Source: Spirulina sp.
GTDB lineage: Bacteria > Cyanobacteriota > Cyanobacteriia > Phormidesmidales > Phormidesmidaceae
DNA: 64,000 bases
Direction of reading: 5' to 3'
NCBI GenBank assembly: GCA_044070495.1
Contig: JBIPSI010000006.1
Span: 32,001 to 96,000 of the forward strand
Below are positions 20,705-31,136 of this stretch, one piece after another. Below the pieces are notes generated by a model that saw only the letters and a program-made list of their open reading frames with translations, searched no databases and was not told where the DNA came from. The first letter of the stretch is position 1. Each line of letters starts with the position of its first letter. Both the position numbers and the translations under genes were made by a program.

Positions 20705-20858
20705 CAGTAGATCGCAAAGCCCTTGCCGCCCTCGCCCTAAATCCCTCTCCCTAAGGGAGAGGGACTTGGAAGACCGTTTCCGGCTCCCCTCTCCTCGTGG
20801 GAGAGGGGTTGGGGGTGAGGGTTAGATCGTGGCTGAATAGCACGTTTGGGATCTACTG
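20705..20858. mobile_element. MITE (154 bp) with terminal inverted repeats and a 5-bp target-site duplication
   Basis: TIRs CAGTAGATCGCAAA / TTTGGGATCTACTG, both flanked by AATCT; internal CCCTCTCCC..GGGAGAGGG hairpins. Confidence 0.8.
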
Positions 20859-20869
20859 AATCTAGCTGA

Positions 20870-21793
20870 TCAAGGGTCAATGGTGGGCTGCGAACTCACC
20901 CAAAGGATCGATTTCACCGGACGCTGCACCCATTCCCCTGTTTGGTTGAGGCGTCCGTAGTGGGTGGTGCCCTCGGCCATTAGGGTAGACGAACTACCGC
21001 CATCGAGGTTGAGGGCTTGCACGACGCCACGCTCGGCCATCAGGGCGGCTAAGTCTGGCAAACTCAGCCCCGACGGAGACACCCCCGGCACCTGGGCCAC
21101 CATCGCCAGCACCACGGCTCCATGGGCGGTTAGCCCCACGGCGGATCGGGCGTTGGCGGACTGGCTACCGATGGCGTCGCGGCCCGTGGCGGGGTCGAGA
21201 AACCCTTCTTCGATGGCGGTACTTTCGGGCAAGATCTGAGGCCCAGCCCCCACGGATTCCGCTAGGGCACAGCCAGCCGGGATGGGATCTTGGTGAAAGG
21301 TGATGGCGTAGCTGGGCATTCCATCGCAGGTGTAGCGGCGAAACTCGGAGCGATTGAGGATGTTGTCTAGATAGCTGGCCAGGTCTGGATTGCCCACCAG
21401 ACGTTCATTTTGGCGAGGATCGGCCACCAACTTACCGTCCATGACCACCGCCGAGGTGGTGAGGCCATTGTTGGGGTCGAAAAAGCCCGCATTGATCGCC
21501 GCCGCACAGCCTTCGGTGCCACAGACCTGATCGGCCATGGCCTCCACCGGGGTCAGACTTTCCGTGACGGCCACCCGCACGGGATAGCGCACCGGATCGG
21601 GAATGGTGACCCAATGCACTGTGGCCGAGGGTAGGCTCAGGGTTTCGTAGGTGGGCGAAGGCGAGGGCAGCACCTCCGAAGCCGTCGTGGCATCTGTGTC
21701 AGCAGGGGGGCTACAGGCGACGAGTCCTAGAACCGCTATCGCCAAACATCGACCGAAGGGCCTAGAGAGCCATGGCAAGACGAGTATGGGCAT
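20870..21793 (-). CDS. Phosphodiester glycosidase (NAGPA-like) lipoprotein
   Basis: Lipobox LVAC; AINAGFF, ARSAVG and ALNLDGGSSS motifs. Confidence 0.85.
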   Translation of the reverse strand: MPILVLPWLSRPFGRCLAIAVLGLVACSPPADTDATTASEVLPSPSPTYETLSLPSATVHWVTIPDPVRYPVRVAVTESLTPVEAMADQVCGTEGCAAAINAGFFDPNNGLTTSAVVMDGKLVADPRQNERLVGNPDLASYLDNILNRSEFRRYTCDGMPSYAITFHQDPIPAGCALAESVGAGPQILPESTAIEEGFLDPATGRDAIGSQSANARSAVGLTAHGAVVLAMVAQVPGVSPSGLSLPDLAALMAERGVVQALNLDGGSSSTLMAEGTTHYGRLNQTGEWVQRPVKSILWVSSQPTIDP

Positions 21794-21870
21794 GGTGGGT
21801 ATTGCGTTGACCTGGCCTGATTGTAGGTGAGCTGTGGTGCCCTGACACCAGGGGATGGTGTGCGGTTTGG

Positions 21871-22254
21871 CTAAAGGGATACCGTCGAGTCGGTGGCTTC
21901 GGCGGCGGCAATGGTTTCGAGGGCGGCCTCAATCACATCCATTGAGGGTTGCCAGCGGTAGCGCTTCAGATCAATGCGGCCCTTGGCGTCAAACTCAATG
22001 CCCTCGTCTTCTAGGATGACCCGCTGAAGGTCGTCGGTGCCGTTGCGAAAGGGTGATTGGGATACTTCCCCCTTGGCGTTGATCACCCGCTGCCAGGGTA
22101 CCTCGTCCTTGTCCATATCCACCCGATAGAGGGCATAGCCTACTAGTCGCGGTTTGCCGAAGAGTCCTGCCAGTTCTGCGACTTGGCCATAGGTGGCGAC
22201 TTGTCCGGGGGGAATTTGTCTCACAATGGCGTAAATGCGCTCATAGGTCAGCAT
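21871..22254 (-). CDS. Alkyltransferase-like (MGMT family, Atl/YbaZ-type) protein
   Basis: IPPGQVATYGQVAELAG, and PWQRV with Trp in place of the catalytic Cys. Confidence 0.88.
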   Translation of the reverse strand: MLTYERIYAIVRQIPPGQVATYGQVAELAGLFGKPRLVGYALYRVDMDKDEVPWQRVINAKGEVSQSPFRNGTDDLQRVILEDEGIEFDAKGRIDLKRYRWQPSMDVIEAALETIAAAEATDSTVSL

Positions 22255-22348
22255 GGCAGGTAAGTCCTTGAATTCATGGCTAACCCCGCTCCACCGGGGA
22301 GAGGGCAGAGAGACCTCGCGCATCGTGGGCTATCTCCATGGCAGACGC

Positions 22349-24496
22349 TTACTGGAAGCACTGTTGGCAGCGCAGCACCACCACAGAAAAATCCGCCAGG
22401 GTGACGACTTCATCGGGGATGTAGCTGTGGGCATCCTCCACAAAGCCTGTGTCCTTTTGGGTGTCGAGCACTAGCGTCCAAGTGCGTTGTTTGAGGGTGG
22501 GGGGAATGTGAAATTCTTGGGCGTTGGGCTGGGCATTGAACATCAGCAGAAAGCTATCGTCCACCACGCGCTTCCCTTGGGGATTGGGGGCCATCAGTTC
22601 GGCACCGTTGAAAAAGACGCAGATGGCCTTGACGGATCCATCGTGCCACTGTTCCTCGGTAATTTCCTGGCCGCTGGGGTTATACCAGCCGATATCGTGG
22701 ATGCCGGAGCCGTGGATGGCTCGGCCCTGGAACCAGTGGCGGCGGGAGAGGTTGGGGTGCTGGCGGCGAAGCTGGATTAGGCGACGGGTGAACGCTAAAA
22801 GCTGCTGATTTTCTGGCGTGAGATGCCAGTTGTACCAGGAGATTTTGCTGTCTTGGCAGTAGGAGTTGTTGTTGCCGCCCTGGGTGCGCCCCAATTCGTC
22901 GCCCCCCAATAGCATGGGCACGCCTTGGGAAAGCAGCAGCGTCACCAACAAGTTGCGCTGTTGCCGCTGACGTAGGGCCAGGATTTCAGGATCGTCGGTG
23001 TCGCCCTCTGCGCCGCAGTTCCAGGAGCGGTTGTAGCTTTCGCCGTCGCGGTTGTCTTCTTGGTTGGCCTCGTTGTGCTTTTCGTTGTAGCTCACCAGAT
23101 CCCGCAGGGTAAAGCCGTCGTGGCAGGTGATGAAGTTGATACTGGCATGGGGGCGCTTGCCGTTGGCCTGGTAGAGGTCGGAACTGCCCGTAATCCGAAA
23201 GGCAAATTCCCCCAAACGACAGTCGTGATCGCGCCAAAAGTCTCGCAAAGAGTCGCGATATTTGCCGTTCCACTCTGACCACAGCAGCGGAAAGTTGCCC
23301 ACCTGATAGCCGCCTTCGCCAATGTCCCAGGGTTCGGCAATCAGCTTGGTGGTGGAGAGGACAGGGTCTTGGTGAATGATGTCGAAAAAGGCGGCGAGGC
23401 TGTCCACTTCGTAGAGTTCCCGCGCCAGGGCCGAGGCCAGGTCAAACCGGAAGCCATCGACGTGCATCTCCTGCACCCAGTAGCGCAGGCTGTCCATAAT
23501 CAGCTTTAGCACCTGGGGATGGCGCACGTTGAGGGAATTGCCGCAGCCCGTGAAGTCCATATAATATCGGGGGGCGTCCTCCACCAGGCGATAGTAGGCG
23601 GCGTTGTCAATGCCGCGCAGGGTCAGGGTTGGCCCCAGGTGGCTGCCCTCCCCCGTGTGGTTATACACCACGTCGAGGATGACCTCAATTCTGGCCTGGT
23701 GCAGCGCCTTCACCATATGCTTAAACTCGTTCACCTGCTGGCCTGCCGTTCCGGTGGAGCTATAGCCCGTGTAGGGGGCAAAGTAGTTCAGGGAATCGTA
23801 GCCCCAGTAGTTCCGCAATCCGGTTCCGGCTAGGTGCCCCGGAAAGGCGTGGAAATGGTGTACCGGGAGCAATTCAATGGCGGTGATGCCGAGGGACTTC
23901 AGGTAATCGATCATCACCGGATGGGCCAGCCCTGCGTAGGTGCCGCGTAGTTCCTCCGGCAGATCGGGGTGGCGCTGGGTGATGCCCTTCACATGGGCTT
24001 CGTAGATCACCGTGCGATGCCAGGGGGTGGCGGGGTGGCGGTCGTCGCCCCAATCAAAACTAGGGTCGATGACAATTCCCTTGGGCATGTAGGCGGCGCT
24101 GTCGGCGTCCGAGAAAGACAGATCCGTGTCCTCTTCGGCAATTTCCGCCATGTTGTAGCCAAAGGTGGCGGGATGCATCTGCACATCGCCGTCCAGGGCG
24201 CGGGCGTAGGGGTCGATCAATAATTTATGGGCGTTGAAGCGATGGCCCATGTCTGGATCGTAGGGGCCATGGACACGATAGCCGTAGCGTTGCCCCGGAT
24301 TCACCCCCGGCACATAGCCATGCCAAACGTAGTTTTCGACTTCCGTTAAGGAAAGTCGGGTTTCCTGGCCCCGGTCATCAAATAAGCACAGTTCAACGGC
24401 GGTGGCATTTTCGGAAAACAGCGCAAAGTTGGTACCTTGCCCGTCCCAGGTTGCGCCTAGGGGGTGGGGACGCCCAGGCCAGACTGTCATGGTCAT
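22349..24496 (-). CDS. glgX: Glycogen debranching enzyme
   Basis: PLGATWDG, NYWGY, DVVYNHTGEG, DGFRFDLAS, IAEPWD and CHDGFTL motifs. Confidence 0.96.
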   Translation of the reverse strand: MTMTVWPGRPHPLGATWDGQGTNFALFSENATAVELCLFDDRGQETRLSLTEVENYVWHGYVPGVNPGQRYGYRVHGPYDPDMGHRFNAHKLLIDPYARALDGDVQMHPATFGYNMAEIAEEDTDLSFSDADSAAYMPKGIVIDPSFDWGDDRHPATPWHRTVIYEAHVKGITQRHPDLPEELRGTYAGLAHPVMIDYLKSLGITAIELLPVHHFHAFPGHLAGTGLRNYWGYDSLNYFAPYTGYSSTGTAGQQVNEFKHMVKALHQARIEVILDVVYNHTGEGSHLGPTLTLRGIDNAAYYRLVEDAPRYYMDFTGCGNSLNVRHPQVLKLIMDSLRYWVQEMHVDGFRFDLASALARELYEVDSLAAFFDIIHQDPVLSTTKLIAEPWDIGEGGYQVGNFPLLWSEWNGKYRDSLRDFWRDHDCRLGEFAFRITGSSDLYQANGKRPHASINFITCHDGFTLRDLVSYNEKHNEANQEDNRDGESYNRSWNCGAEGDTDDPEILALRQRQQRNLLVTLLLSQGVPMLLGGDELGRTQGGNNNSYCQDSKISWYNWHLTPENQQLLAFTRRLIQLRRQHPNLSRRHWFQGRAIHGSGIHDIGWYNPSGQEITEEQWHDGSVKAICVFFNGAELMAPNPQGKRVVDDSFLLMFNAQPNAQEFHIPPTLKQRTWTLVLDTQKDTGFVEDAHSYIPDEVVTLADFSVVVLRCQQCFQ

Positions 24497-24575
24497 GGTG
24501 CCACAGCGGGATAAACGGCTACGTTCAGCTTAACAGGCTTCCCCAATCTGGCCATCTAGGGTTATCGGGGTTCCA

Positions 24576-25394
24576 TCAAGACTGATGCGCTTGAATTTGT
24601 TCGGCGCTCCAAAAGCAACGATCCATGGGAAACCGTTGAAGGGTTTCCGCCACCAATTCCGGAAACTGTTCGGGTGAGGATTGCCGAAATCGACCCAGCA
24701 GGGCATAGCTCACTAACCCAAGGTATTCCCGAATGGCCAGAAAAGATCGCTCGTGGTGGGGCACCCAGTCGGCCCAGGGTTCCATACGGGGGATGACCTC
24801 AAAGCCATAGCCCTTAAACAGCAGCCAAGCTCGCAGCATGTGAGGCTGGTCGGTAATTAGGATGATGCGACGTGCCCCTTGGGAAACCAGAAAAGCGGTG
24901 GCCGATTCCGCCTCATGTTTGGTGGTTTTCACGCACACCGCCCCGGTAATCTGATCCGCAGATTGATGCGTCTGCTGAAGTTGCTCCCATACATGAACCG
25001 CTGCGATTCTTCCCATGACGAGCATTTGGGGAGCGCGTCCTGCCGACAGCATGGTAATGGCGGTGCGGTAGCGATCTCCCTCGGCCTCACGGGGGCGCGC
25101 CAAAACCACAATGGCATCGGCAGACTGGCCCTGATCTGCGGGCACAAATTGGGTTAAAAGGGCAGTGGCGGGCACCGAGAACAAGGGCGAAATCAGCAGC
25201 CAGTAGGCTCCGAGTAGCCCCAGTCCCGTGGCCACGAGTCGTCGTCGATAGCGCCTCCCCCCCGCAAATAGGGCAACGATGATCAAAACACCGAGCGTCA
25301 GGGTCATGAGTTTGGCGCTAGCCAAGTAGGTGTAGATTCCCCAGGAAAATTTTGGCCAGTAGGAGCCAACCAAGGCTCGCAGCATTTCTACCAT
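24576..25394 (-). CDS. YdcF/DUF218 family membrane protein
   Basis: N-terminal TM segments; DAIVVL, ILITDQPHMLRA and REYLG motifs. Confidence 0.75.
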   Translation of the reverse strand: MVEMLRALVGSYWPKFSWGIYTYLASAKLMTLTLGVLIIVALFAGGRRYRRRLVATGLGLLGAYWLLISPLFSVPATALLTQFVPADQGQSADAIVVLARPREAEGDRYRTAITMLSAGRAPQMLVMGRIAAVHVWEQLQQTHQSADQITGAVCVKTTKHEAESATAFLVSQGARRIILITDQPHMLRAWLLFKGYGFEVIPRMEPWADWVPHHERSFLAIREYLGLVSYALLGRFRQSSPEQFPELVAETLQRFPMDRCFWSAEQIQAHQS

Positions 25395-25677
25395 AGTGGA
25401 TGCCCCATACTTTGAGCAGGCAATAACCGTTCACAGCCTGCAACCGTTTTTCCATTTCAGTGTATTGACGGAGCTCTTCCAACCGAACAGGAGCCTAGGG
25501 AATGGCGAAAATTTTATGCAATGTTGAGTAAATGCTGAAGTTATTCCCTAAAACAACACTACCTAGGCAAATGTCCTAGGCAGCAAGAAAAAGACTAGGA
25601 TGAACCGGGCACAACAGGAATCCATGAAATTCGGCTAACAATTCATGCGGCTCACCATCCAATTGCCGGGGCTGGAC

Positions 25678-26061
25678 TTAATTTTCAGGGCTAGGCATGG
25701 CGGGGATAGCTTCCTGTTCAGCGGCTTCTAGGCCAGCCTGCTGACGCCGAATGGCTTCCTGTTGAAGGGCACGAAAGTTAGCCGCTTCAGTGCTCATGCG
25801 GTTTTGGTGCATCCGGCTAAAGTCGGACAAGCTCATTTCGTTCATCAACACGGCCCGATGAATCAGGTCAAAGGGCGAATTGGTATTGCCGCCAAAGGGA
25901 CTCTCGCTGCTTTCGTTGCTGCCAAAGCCCTCATTGGGATTCACCACCACGGGCGCGGTGGGGTCGCTGGTGGGGGTGGGGGATTGAGCCAAGGCACCGG
26001 GAGCCGCCAACAGGACGGCAACTAGACCCAGGCCAGCGGCCAAAGGATGTCGATTAGCCAT
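25678..26061 (-). CDS. Hypothetical secreted protein
   Basis: Signal peptide ending ...ALAQ; SPFDLIHRA motif. Confidence 0.65.
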   Translation of the reverse strand: MANRHPLAAGLGLVAVLLAAPGALAQSPTPTSDPTAPVVVNPNEGFGSNESSESPFGGNTNSPFDLIHRAVLMNEMSLSDFSRMHQNRMSTEAANFRALQQEAIRRQQAGLEAAEQEAIPAMPSPEN

Positions 26062-26182
26062 AGAAAGCCTCCTTAACACCATCACTGTCATTAGACGAAC
26101 ATGGTTCCTCGTCTGTTCCAAACTATAGCAAATCTCTCCTAGAAGACATCAGACCGCTAACCAATGCGGGGGTAGCCCAGAC

Positions 26183-27109
26183 CTAGGCCATGCGGCGGCG
26201 CAGGAGGGGCTGAATTATCCCTAGGGCCAAGCCACAAAACGCCACCAACACCACCAAGGCTACCCCTAGGGACACATCCCAGAAGGGTGTATTCAGTACT
26301 GTGCTACCCAAGCTCCAATCGGGGTGGAGATAGACGTAGCGGATAGGCTCGATGGCGTAGGTCAGCGGATTCAGGCTGGCCACCACCTGGAGCCAATCGG
26401 GCATGAAATCCAGCGGTACCAGGGCGGTGCTGGAAAAGAGCAAGGGCAGGTTGGTGACGAAAATGACGGCCAACAACTCAATATGGCCTGGCAGGGCAAA
26501 GGTAAGGCCCAGGCTGAGGGCGGTGACACCGAGCACGAGGGTCATGACGATAAATAGCACCAGGACAAGGCCCAAACCCTGGGGTAATCCGGCCCCCAGC
26601 AAGGCGCTGAGGCCCAAAATCGCGGCGGTTTGCACCAGGCTAAGGGCCGCAATAAAGATGGCCGAGGCCAGCACGATGGAATAACGAGAGGCCAGGGGAG
26701 CCACCAGGAAACGGTTCAAAAAGCCAAACTCCCGGTCGAACATAACGGGCAGGCCGGCATTGAGGGCACCGCCAAAGGCCGTAAACACCAGGATGCCTGC
26801 CCCTAGAAACTGGCCGTAGTTGCGGCTTTCCCCAAATAGTCCAGCGGGGACATTTTGAAACAAGGCCCCAAAAAGCACCAGCCAAATCAGCGGCTGAATG
26901 ATGCCTGCCACTAGGGTGGCAGGGCGACGCTGAAGTTGCAGGAACAGTCGGCGGGCCATGGCTAGGGTTTCTTGGAGAAAAGCCCCAGAAAACAGACCGG
27001 GATCGGCCTCGGCTTGGGCTTGACGGTCTTTCCACGCCTGAAGATCGCTGTTGTCGAGGGGCTTAGCGCCATTAAGGGCTGTGGATCGGTTCGGTAAGGT
27101 GGTGCTCAT
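26183..27109 (-). CDS. ABC-2 type transporter permease (Ycf38-like)
   Basis: DREFGFLNRFLVAPL and NPLTYAIEPIR motifs; about six TM segments. Confidence 0.9.
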   Translation of the reverse strand: MSTTLPNRSTALNGAKPLDNSDLQAWKDRQAQAEADPGLFSGAFLQETLAMARRLFLQLQRRPATLVAGIIQPLIWLVLFGALFQNVPAGLFGESRNYGQFLGAGILVFTAFGGALNAGLPVMFDREFGFLNRFLVAPLASRYSIVLASAIFIAALSLVQTAAILGLSALLGAGLPQGLGLVLVLFIVMTLVLGVTALSLGLTFALPGHIELLAVIFVTNLPLLFSSTALVPLDFMPDWLQVVASLNPLTYAIEPIRYVYLHPDWSLGSTVLNTPFWDVSLGVALVVLVAFCGLALGIIQPLLRRRMA

Positions 27110-27121
27110 GGTGTTTGCCTC

Positions 27122-28147
27122 TTAGCTTCCCTTCATCGCCTGTTTCTTTTCTTTTTTCAAATCTCGCTGACCCACGGCGGCCAGTTCAGCATCCATCAGG
27201 GTGCGGCCCGTGGCGGCTAAGTACACGTCATCTAGGCTGGGTCGCGATTGAGAAATTCCAAAAATCGGCAAACCTGCCTTTTCCATGGTGGTTTGGACTG
27301 CCGTCAGCGCCCCAGGATCCCGTTCTACAACTAAATTCAAGGAATTGCCCTGGGCGGCATTGAGGATCACCCCCTGGACAAAGGGTAGATCCAGCAGCAG
27401 AGCCTTGACCTGCTCGGCCTCGTCATCGGGGGTAAACTCGCGTACCCGCAGGGTAATGCGATCTCCGCCCAGCCTGTCTTTCAGATCGCTCGGGGATCCC
27501 GACGCAATCACCTGACCCTGGTCAATGATGGCCACCCGATCCGCCAAGGCGTCTACTTCTTCGAGGTAATGGCTGGTGATCAGCACCGTGGTGCCCGCAG
27601 CTCGCAATTGGCGTAGAAAGTCCCACACCGCCGAGCGGGTTTCAATGTCCAGGCCCACAGTGGGTTCATCCAACACCAACACATCGGGCTGATGCAGCAG
27701 CCCCAGGGCCAAATCCAGCCGTTTACGCAGACCGCCGGAGTAGGTGCCCGTCTTGCGGTCGGCCCAGTCCCCCAGTTCTAGCAGGGCAATCATTTGGTCA
27801 ATGCGCTGGCGGGCAATGGCCTTGGGCATGTGGTACAAATCCGCTTGCAGTTGCAGCAGTTCCCGCCCGGTCAACACCTTATCCAGGGCAATTTCCTGGG
27901 CAATATAGCCCAACCGCTGGCGCACCCGTCGGGGTTGATCTACCACCGGAATGCCCATCACCTCTAGCCGTCCTTCGTCGGGGCTGGCCAGGGTGCAGAG
28001 GCAGCGAATGGTGGTGGTTTTACCGGCCCCATTGGGCCCCAGCAGCCCAAAAATCTCCCCTGGTTGGATGTTTAAGGACACACCCCGCACCGCCTGCACG
28101 GAACCGTAGGATTTTTTCAGATTTTCAATGGTAACAGCGGCATCCAT
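27122..28147 (-). CDS. ABC transporter ATP-binding protein (DrrA-like)
   Basis: GPNGAGKTT, YSGGLRKR, LDEPTVGLD and SLDDVYL motifs. Confidence 0.93.
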   Translation of the reverse strand: MDAAVTIENLKKSYGSVQAVRGVSLNIQPGEIFGLLGPNGAGKTTTIRCLCTLASPDEGRLEVMGIPVVDQPRRVRQRLGYIAQEIALDKVLTGRELLQLQADLYHMPKAIARQRIDQMIALLELGDWADRKTGTYSGGLRKRLDLALGLLHQPDVLVLDEPTVGLDIETRSAVWDFLRQLRAAGTTVLITSHYLEEVDALADRVAIIDQGQVIASGSPSDLKDRLGGDRITLRVREFTPDDEAEQVKALLLDLPFVQGVILNAAQGNSLNLVVERDPGALTAVQTTMEKAGLPIFGISQSRPSLDDVYLAATGRTLMDAELAAVGQRDLKKEKKQAMKGS

Positions 28148-28498
28148 GTCGCCTATCTAGCCCCAGAAACATCCGTTGATTAAACGCATTGGCCATAGGC
28201 CGTTTGTCATAACAGGTCGTTTGTAACAATCCGTTGATAACCGTAAATTCATTGTACAGAACTCACCGACTACAGGCAGGAATCCCCAGGTTGATTAGAC
28301 GTAACTTTGAATCTGTACCCAGAATTTTATGGCGGGAGGGTTGGGCGAAAACGATACGGAAACGCCGATCCAGGGGCGAATAGAGTTTGAGGTGAACCGC
28401 TGCTTGGCTGTATCGGGAGCAGGCCCATGGCCGAGTCTACCCATCATTCCAAGGATGGTAGTTCCCTAAGGTGTCCTAGTCACTCATCTATTACTGCC

Positions 28499-29050
28499 AT
28501 GGGGTTTAAATTTGTCCTAGCGATCAGCCTATCCCTACTGACCTCTGTGCCTGTGGCTCCAGCGGCCAATCGAATCGGTCTAGCCGCTGAAGCCACAGGT
28601 CAGAACAGCGATATCGCGATCACCAAGGGGATATCCACCACCCCGCGATTCACCGTCGCCTATCCCGACCACTGGTTCGAGTACTCCAATAACCAGCGAG
28701 ACTACGTCATTATCTACAACCAACGACCTACGGAGGCCTACAGCGAAACAGCCCCGCCCTACCTGATCAAGACCGACCTATCTATCCAAAACACCTCCCT
28801 CCGCGATGCTCTTCAGATGTACCGAGACGAGCCTGGTCGCGCCCGACGCATTGAAGAGGTGACCATCAATGGACGACTGGGGGTGCGGGTGTGGGAAGAC
28901 AGCCAGGGCTGGGCCTTTCCTAACGTCCTGATCACCTATATCCCGCTGGACGACAGGGAAGTGCTTACCATCGCCAGCTACTACAGCCGTCAGAATCAAG
29001 ACGCCGAGGCTGCCATCCTGCGGGTGCACGACTCCGTTCAGTTGAGATAG
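28499..29050 (+). CDS. Secreted hypothetical protein, possibly PsbP/Mog1-like fold
   Basis: Signal peptide; FTVAYPDHW and EEVTINGRLGVR patterns. Confidence 0.6.
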   Translation: MGFKFVLAISLSLLTSVPVAPAANRIGLAAEATGQNSDIAITKGISTTPRFTVAYPDHWFEYSNNQRDYVIIYNQRPTEAYSETAPPYLIKTDLSIQNTSLRDALQMYRDEPGRARRIEEVTINGRLGVRVWEDSQGWAFPNVLITYIPLDDREVLTIASYYSRQNQDAEAAILRVHDSVQLR

Positions 29051-29054
29051 GGCT

Positions 29055-30044
29055 CTAGGGAAGCAGGCTCACCAAGGAAGCCAATTGACTCCCTAGGTGT
29101 CCCGAAAGCTGTGCTGTCCAACCCTGGGTGATGGGCCAGCTATCCACCACCATCCCCGCCGACAGCAGCATCATATAGAGGATGGAGTACTTGAATAGCC
29201 CCTTGGCCAAATCCCGGTCGCTGGGGGCTTTCAGCAAGGCCCAGGCCTTCTGCATAAACTTGGCCCCCAGCCCCAGCGCCACCACGGCATAGACTGCCCC
29301 CGTCGCCCCCAGGGGATAGCTCATCATCAGGGTGAGGGGAACCAGAACCAGGGTGTAGTACCAAATTTGGCGGGCGGTGGCTTCGTCGCCCACAATCACG
29401 GGCATCATCGGCACGTTGACCTTCGCGTAGTCGTCCTGGATCAGCAGGGCTAGTCCCCAAAAGTGGGGAGGCGTCCAGATAAACACAATGAAGAAGAACA
29501 ACCAGGCGGCAAGGCTTAGGTCTCCCGTCACGGCGGCCCAACCCACCAGGGGTGGAATGGCTCCAGCAGCTCCCCCAATCACAATATTCTGGGGCGAAGA
29601 CCGCTTCAGCCAAGTGGTGTAGACCCCTACGTAGATAGCGATCCCCACCATGGCCAGAAGGGCGCTGAGCAGGTTGGCCACCCAAGTCTGCAACCCAAAG
29701 GACAGAGCCGCGAGGATGCCTGCAAACACCAGGGCATCCCGCACCTGAATCCGCCCGGAGGGAATGGGGCGATGGCGGGTGCGCTCCATATCAAAATCAA
29801 TGTCTCGGTCGTAGACGCAGTTAATGGTCTGGGCAGAGGCCGCCGCCAGGGTGCCGCTTAGCAGCGTTACCAGCACCAGCACCGGATCAACCTGGCCCTG
29901 GCCTGCCACCCACATTGCCGCCGCCGTTTCAATCAGCAGCAGAGGAATAATCCGGGGCTTGGTGAGCTGCACATAACTGCGGATAACGGATCCAATGGAA
30001 TCGTGATGCCGGGTGGCCTCGTTCCAAGTCGTCGTTTGATTCAT
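29055..30044 (-). CDS. ctaB: Heme o synthase (protoheme IX farnesyltransferase)
   Basis: LTKPRII, DRDID..MERTRHRPIPSG and WTPPHFW motifs. Confidence 0.96.
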   Translation of the reverse strand: MNQTTTWNEATRHHDSIGSVIRSYVQLTKPRIIPLLLIETAAAMWVAGQGQVDPVLVLVTLLSGTLAAASAQTINCVYDRDIDFDMERTRHRPIPSGRIQVRDALVFAGILAALSFGLQTWVANLLSALLAMVGIAIYVGVYTTWLKRSSPQNIVIGGAAGAIPPLVGWAAVTGDLSLAAWLFFFIVFIWTPPHFWGLALLIQDDYAKVNVPMMPVIVGDEATARQIWYYTLVLVPLTLMMSYPLGATGAVYAVVALGLGAKFMQKAWALLKAPSDRDLAKGLFKYSILYMMLLSAGMVVDSWPITQGWTAQLSGHLGSQLASLVSLLP

Positions 30045-30149
30045 GCGGAGGAAGTCCTTCCTTAGGGGTTTGGGGCTAGTCGAGGAGTAGGGCTAATCAG
30101 GTCTAGTTAGAATGGGATCCTTCCAGAATGGAGAGACTTCAGGGAGACC

Positions 30150-31136
30150 CTAGGCGGGGCCGGTGGGCGGGGTGGGGGCTGAGGTTTCCCACATCCGCCC
30201 CAAGAACAATTCCCGCAGGGCCAGGGTGGTAAAGCAGACCAGGGTGCCCAGCAGAGCAGCCCCTAGGGTGTGGTGAATCACCGTCAGGGTTTCCACTTGT
30301 AGGTGGAGGCGGAAAGTCGTAATCCCCATCACCAGTTGAAACACCAGCAGAACACTGGCCAGGTTACCTAACTGCCGCAGGGGATAGCTGAGCGCTGGGG
30401 TACGCCAGACCGCCTGAGTCAGGGCCAGCACCGCCACGGTGGACGGAAGAACACCCAGCAGGTGGCTGTTCATCACCTGGCAGAGTTCCCCCAAACCAAA
30501 GCACTGGTGAGCCGCCCAACGAGACCCCACCAGACCTCCCAGCAAGCACTGACCATAGACCAGTAGTGTGGCTCCCAAGCCCAGCCAGGGCAACCGTCCC
30601 ACTGTCCCCGTTGGGGTGCAGGGCAGTAAACTGGTGCCGATGATCAGCATGGTGCTAAAAAATAGGAGCGCCGTGCCGAGGTGGGCGGTGACAATGTCAA
30701 ACCGCAGCAGTTGAGTCACCGTCAGCCCTCCGAGCACACCCTGGAAGCCAATCAGAGCCAGCGCCCCCACCGTTGCCCAGAGCAACCATCCCGGCACCTG
30801 TCGCCGATACCACCCACTGAGGGCCACCAGCCACAGCGTACTAAGGCCAATCAGGGCCGCATCCAGCCGATGGAACCATTCCAAAAACACCTGAAGATTC
30901 ATCTGGCTTTGGGGCACCAGTTGGCCATAGCACAGGGGCCAATCGGGACAGGCCAAGCCCGCATTCATCACTCTAGTAGCGCTGCCCACCGCCATCAGAG
31001 CTAAGGTGGCCAGGGCAATTTTCCACACCAGCCGCCGAATTCGATCGGTCGGTTCCGCCGAGGTAGCCCGTCGCCAGCCAGGAAAGTGGCCATGCACTCC
31101 TGGAACGGAGGAAAAGGAAGAAAGGTTGGTTGCCAT
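30150..31136 (-). CDS. ctaA: Heme A synthase (COX15/CtaA); start could extend to 31202
   Basis: AGLACPDWPLC and EWFHR motifs, multiple TM segments, adjacent to ctaB. Confidence 0.92.
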   Translation of the reverse strand: MATNLSSFSSVPGVHGHFPGWRRATSAEPTDRIRRLVWKIALATLALMAVGSATRVMNAGLACPDWPLCYGQLVPQSQMNLQVFLEWFHRLDAALIGLSTLWLVALSGWYRRQVPGWLLWATVGALALIGFQGVLGGLTVTQLLRFDIVTAHLGTALLFFSTMLIIGTSLLPCTPTGTVGRLPWLGLGATLLVYGQCLLGGLVGSRWAAHQCFGLGELCQVMNSHLLGVLPSTVAVLALTQAVWRTPALSYPLRQLGNLASVLLVFQLVMGITTFRLHLQVETLTVIHHTLGAALLGTLVCFTTLALRELFLGRMWETSAPTPPTGPA

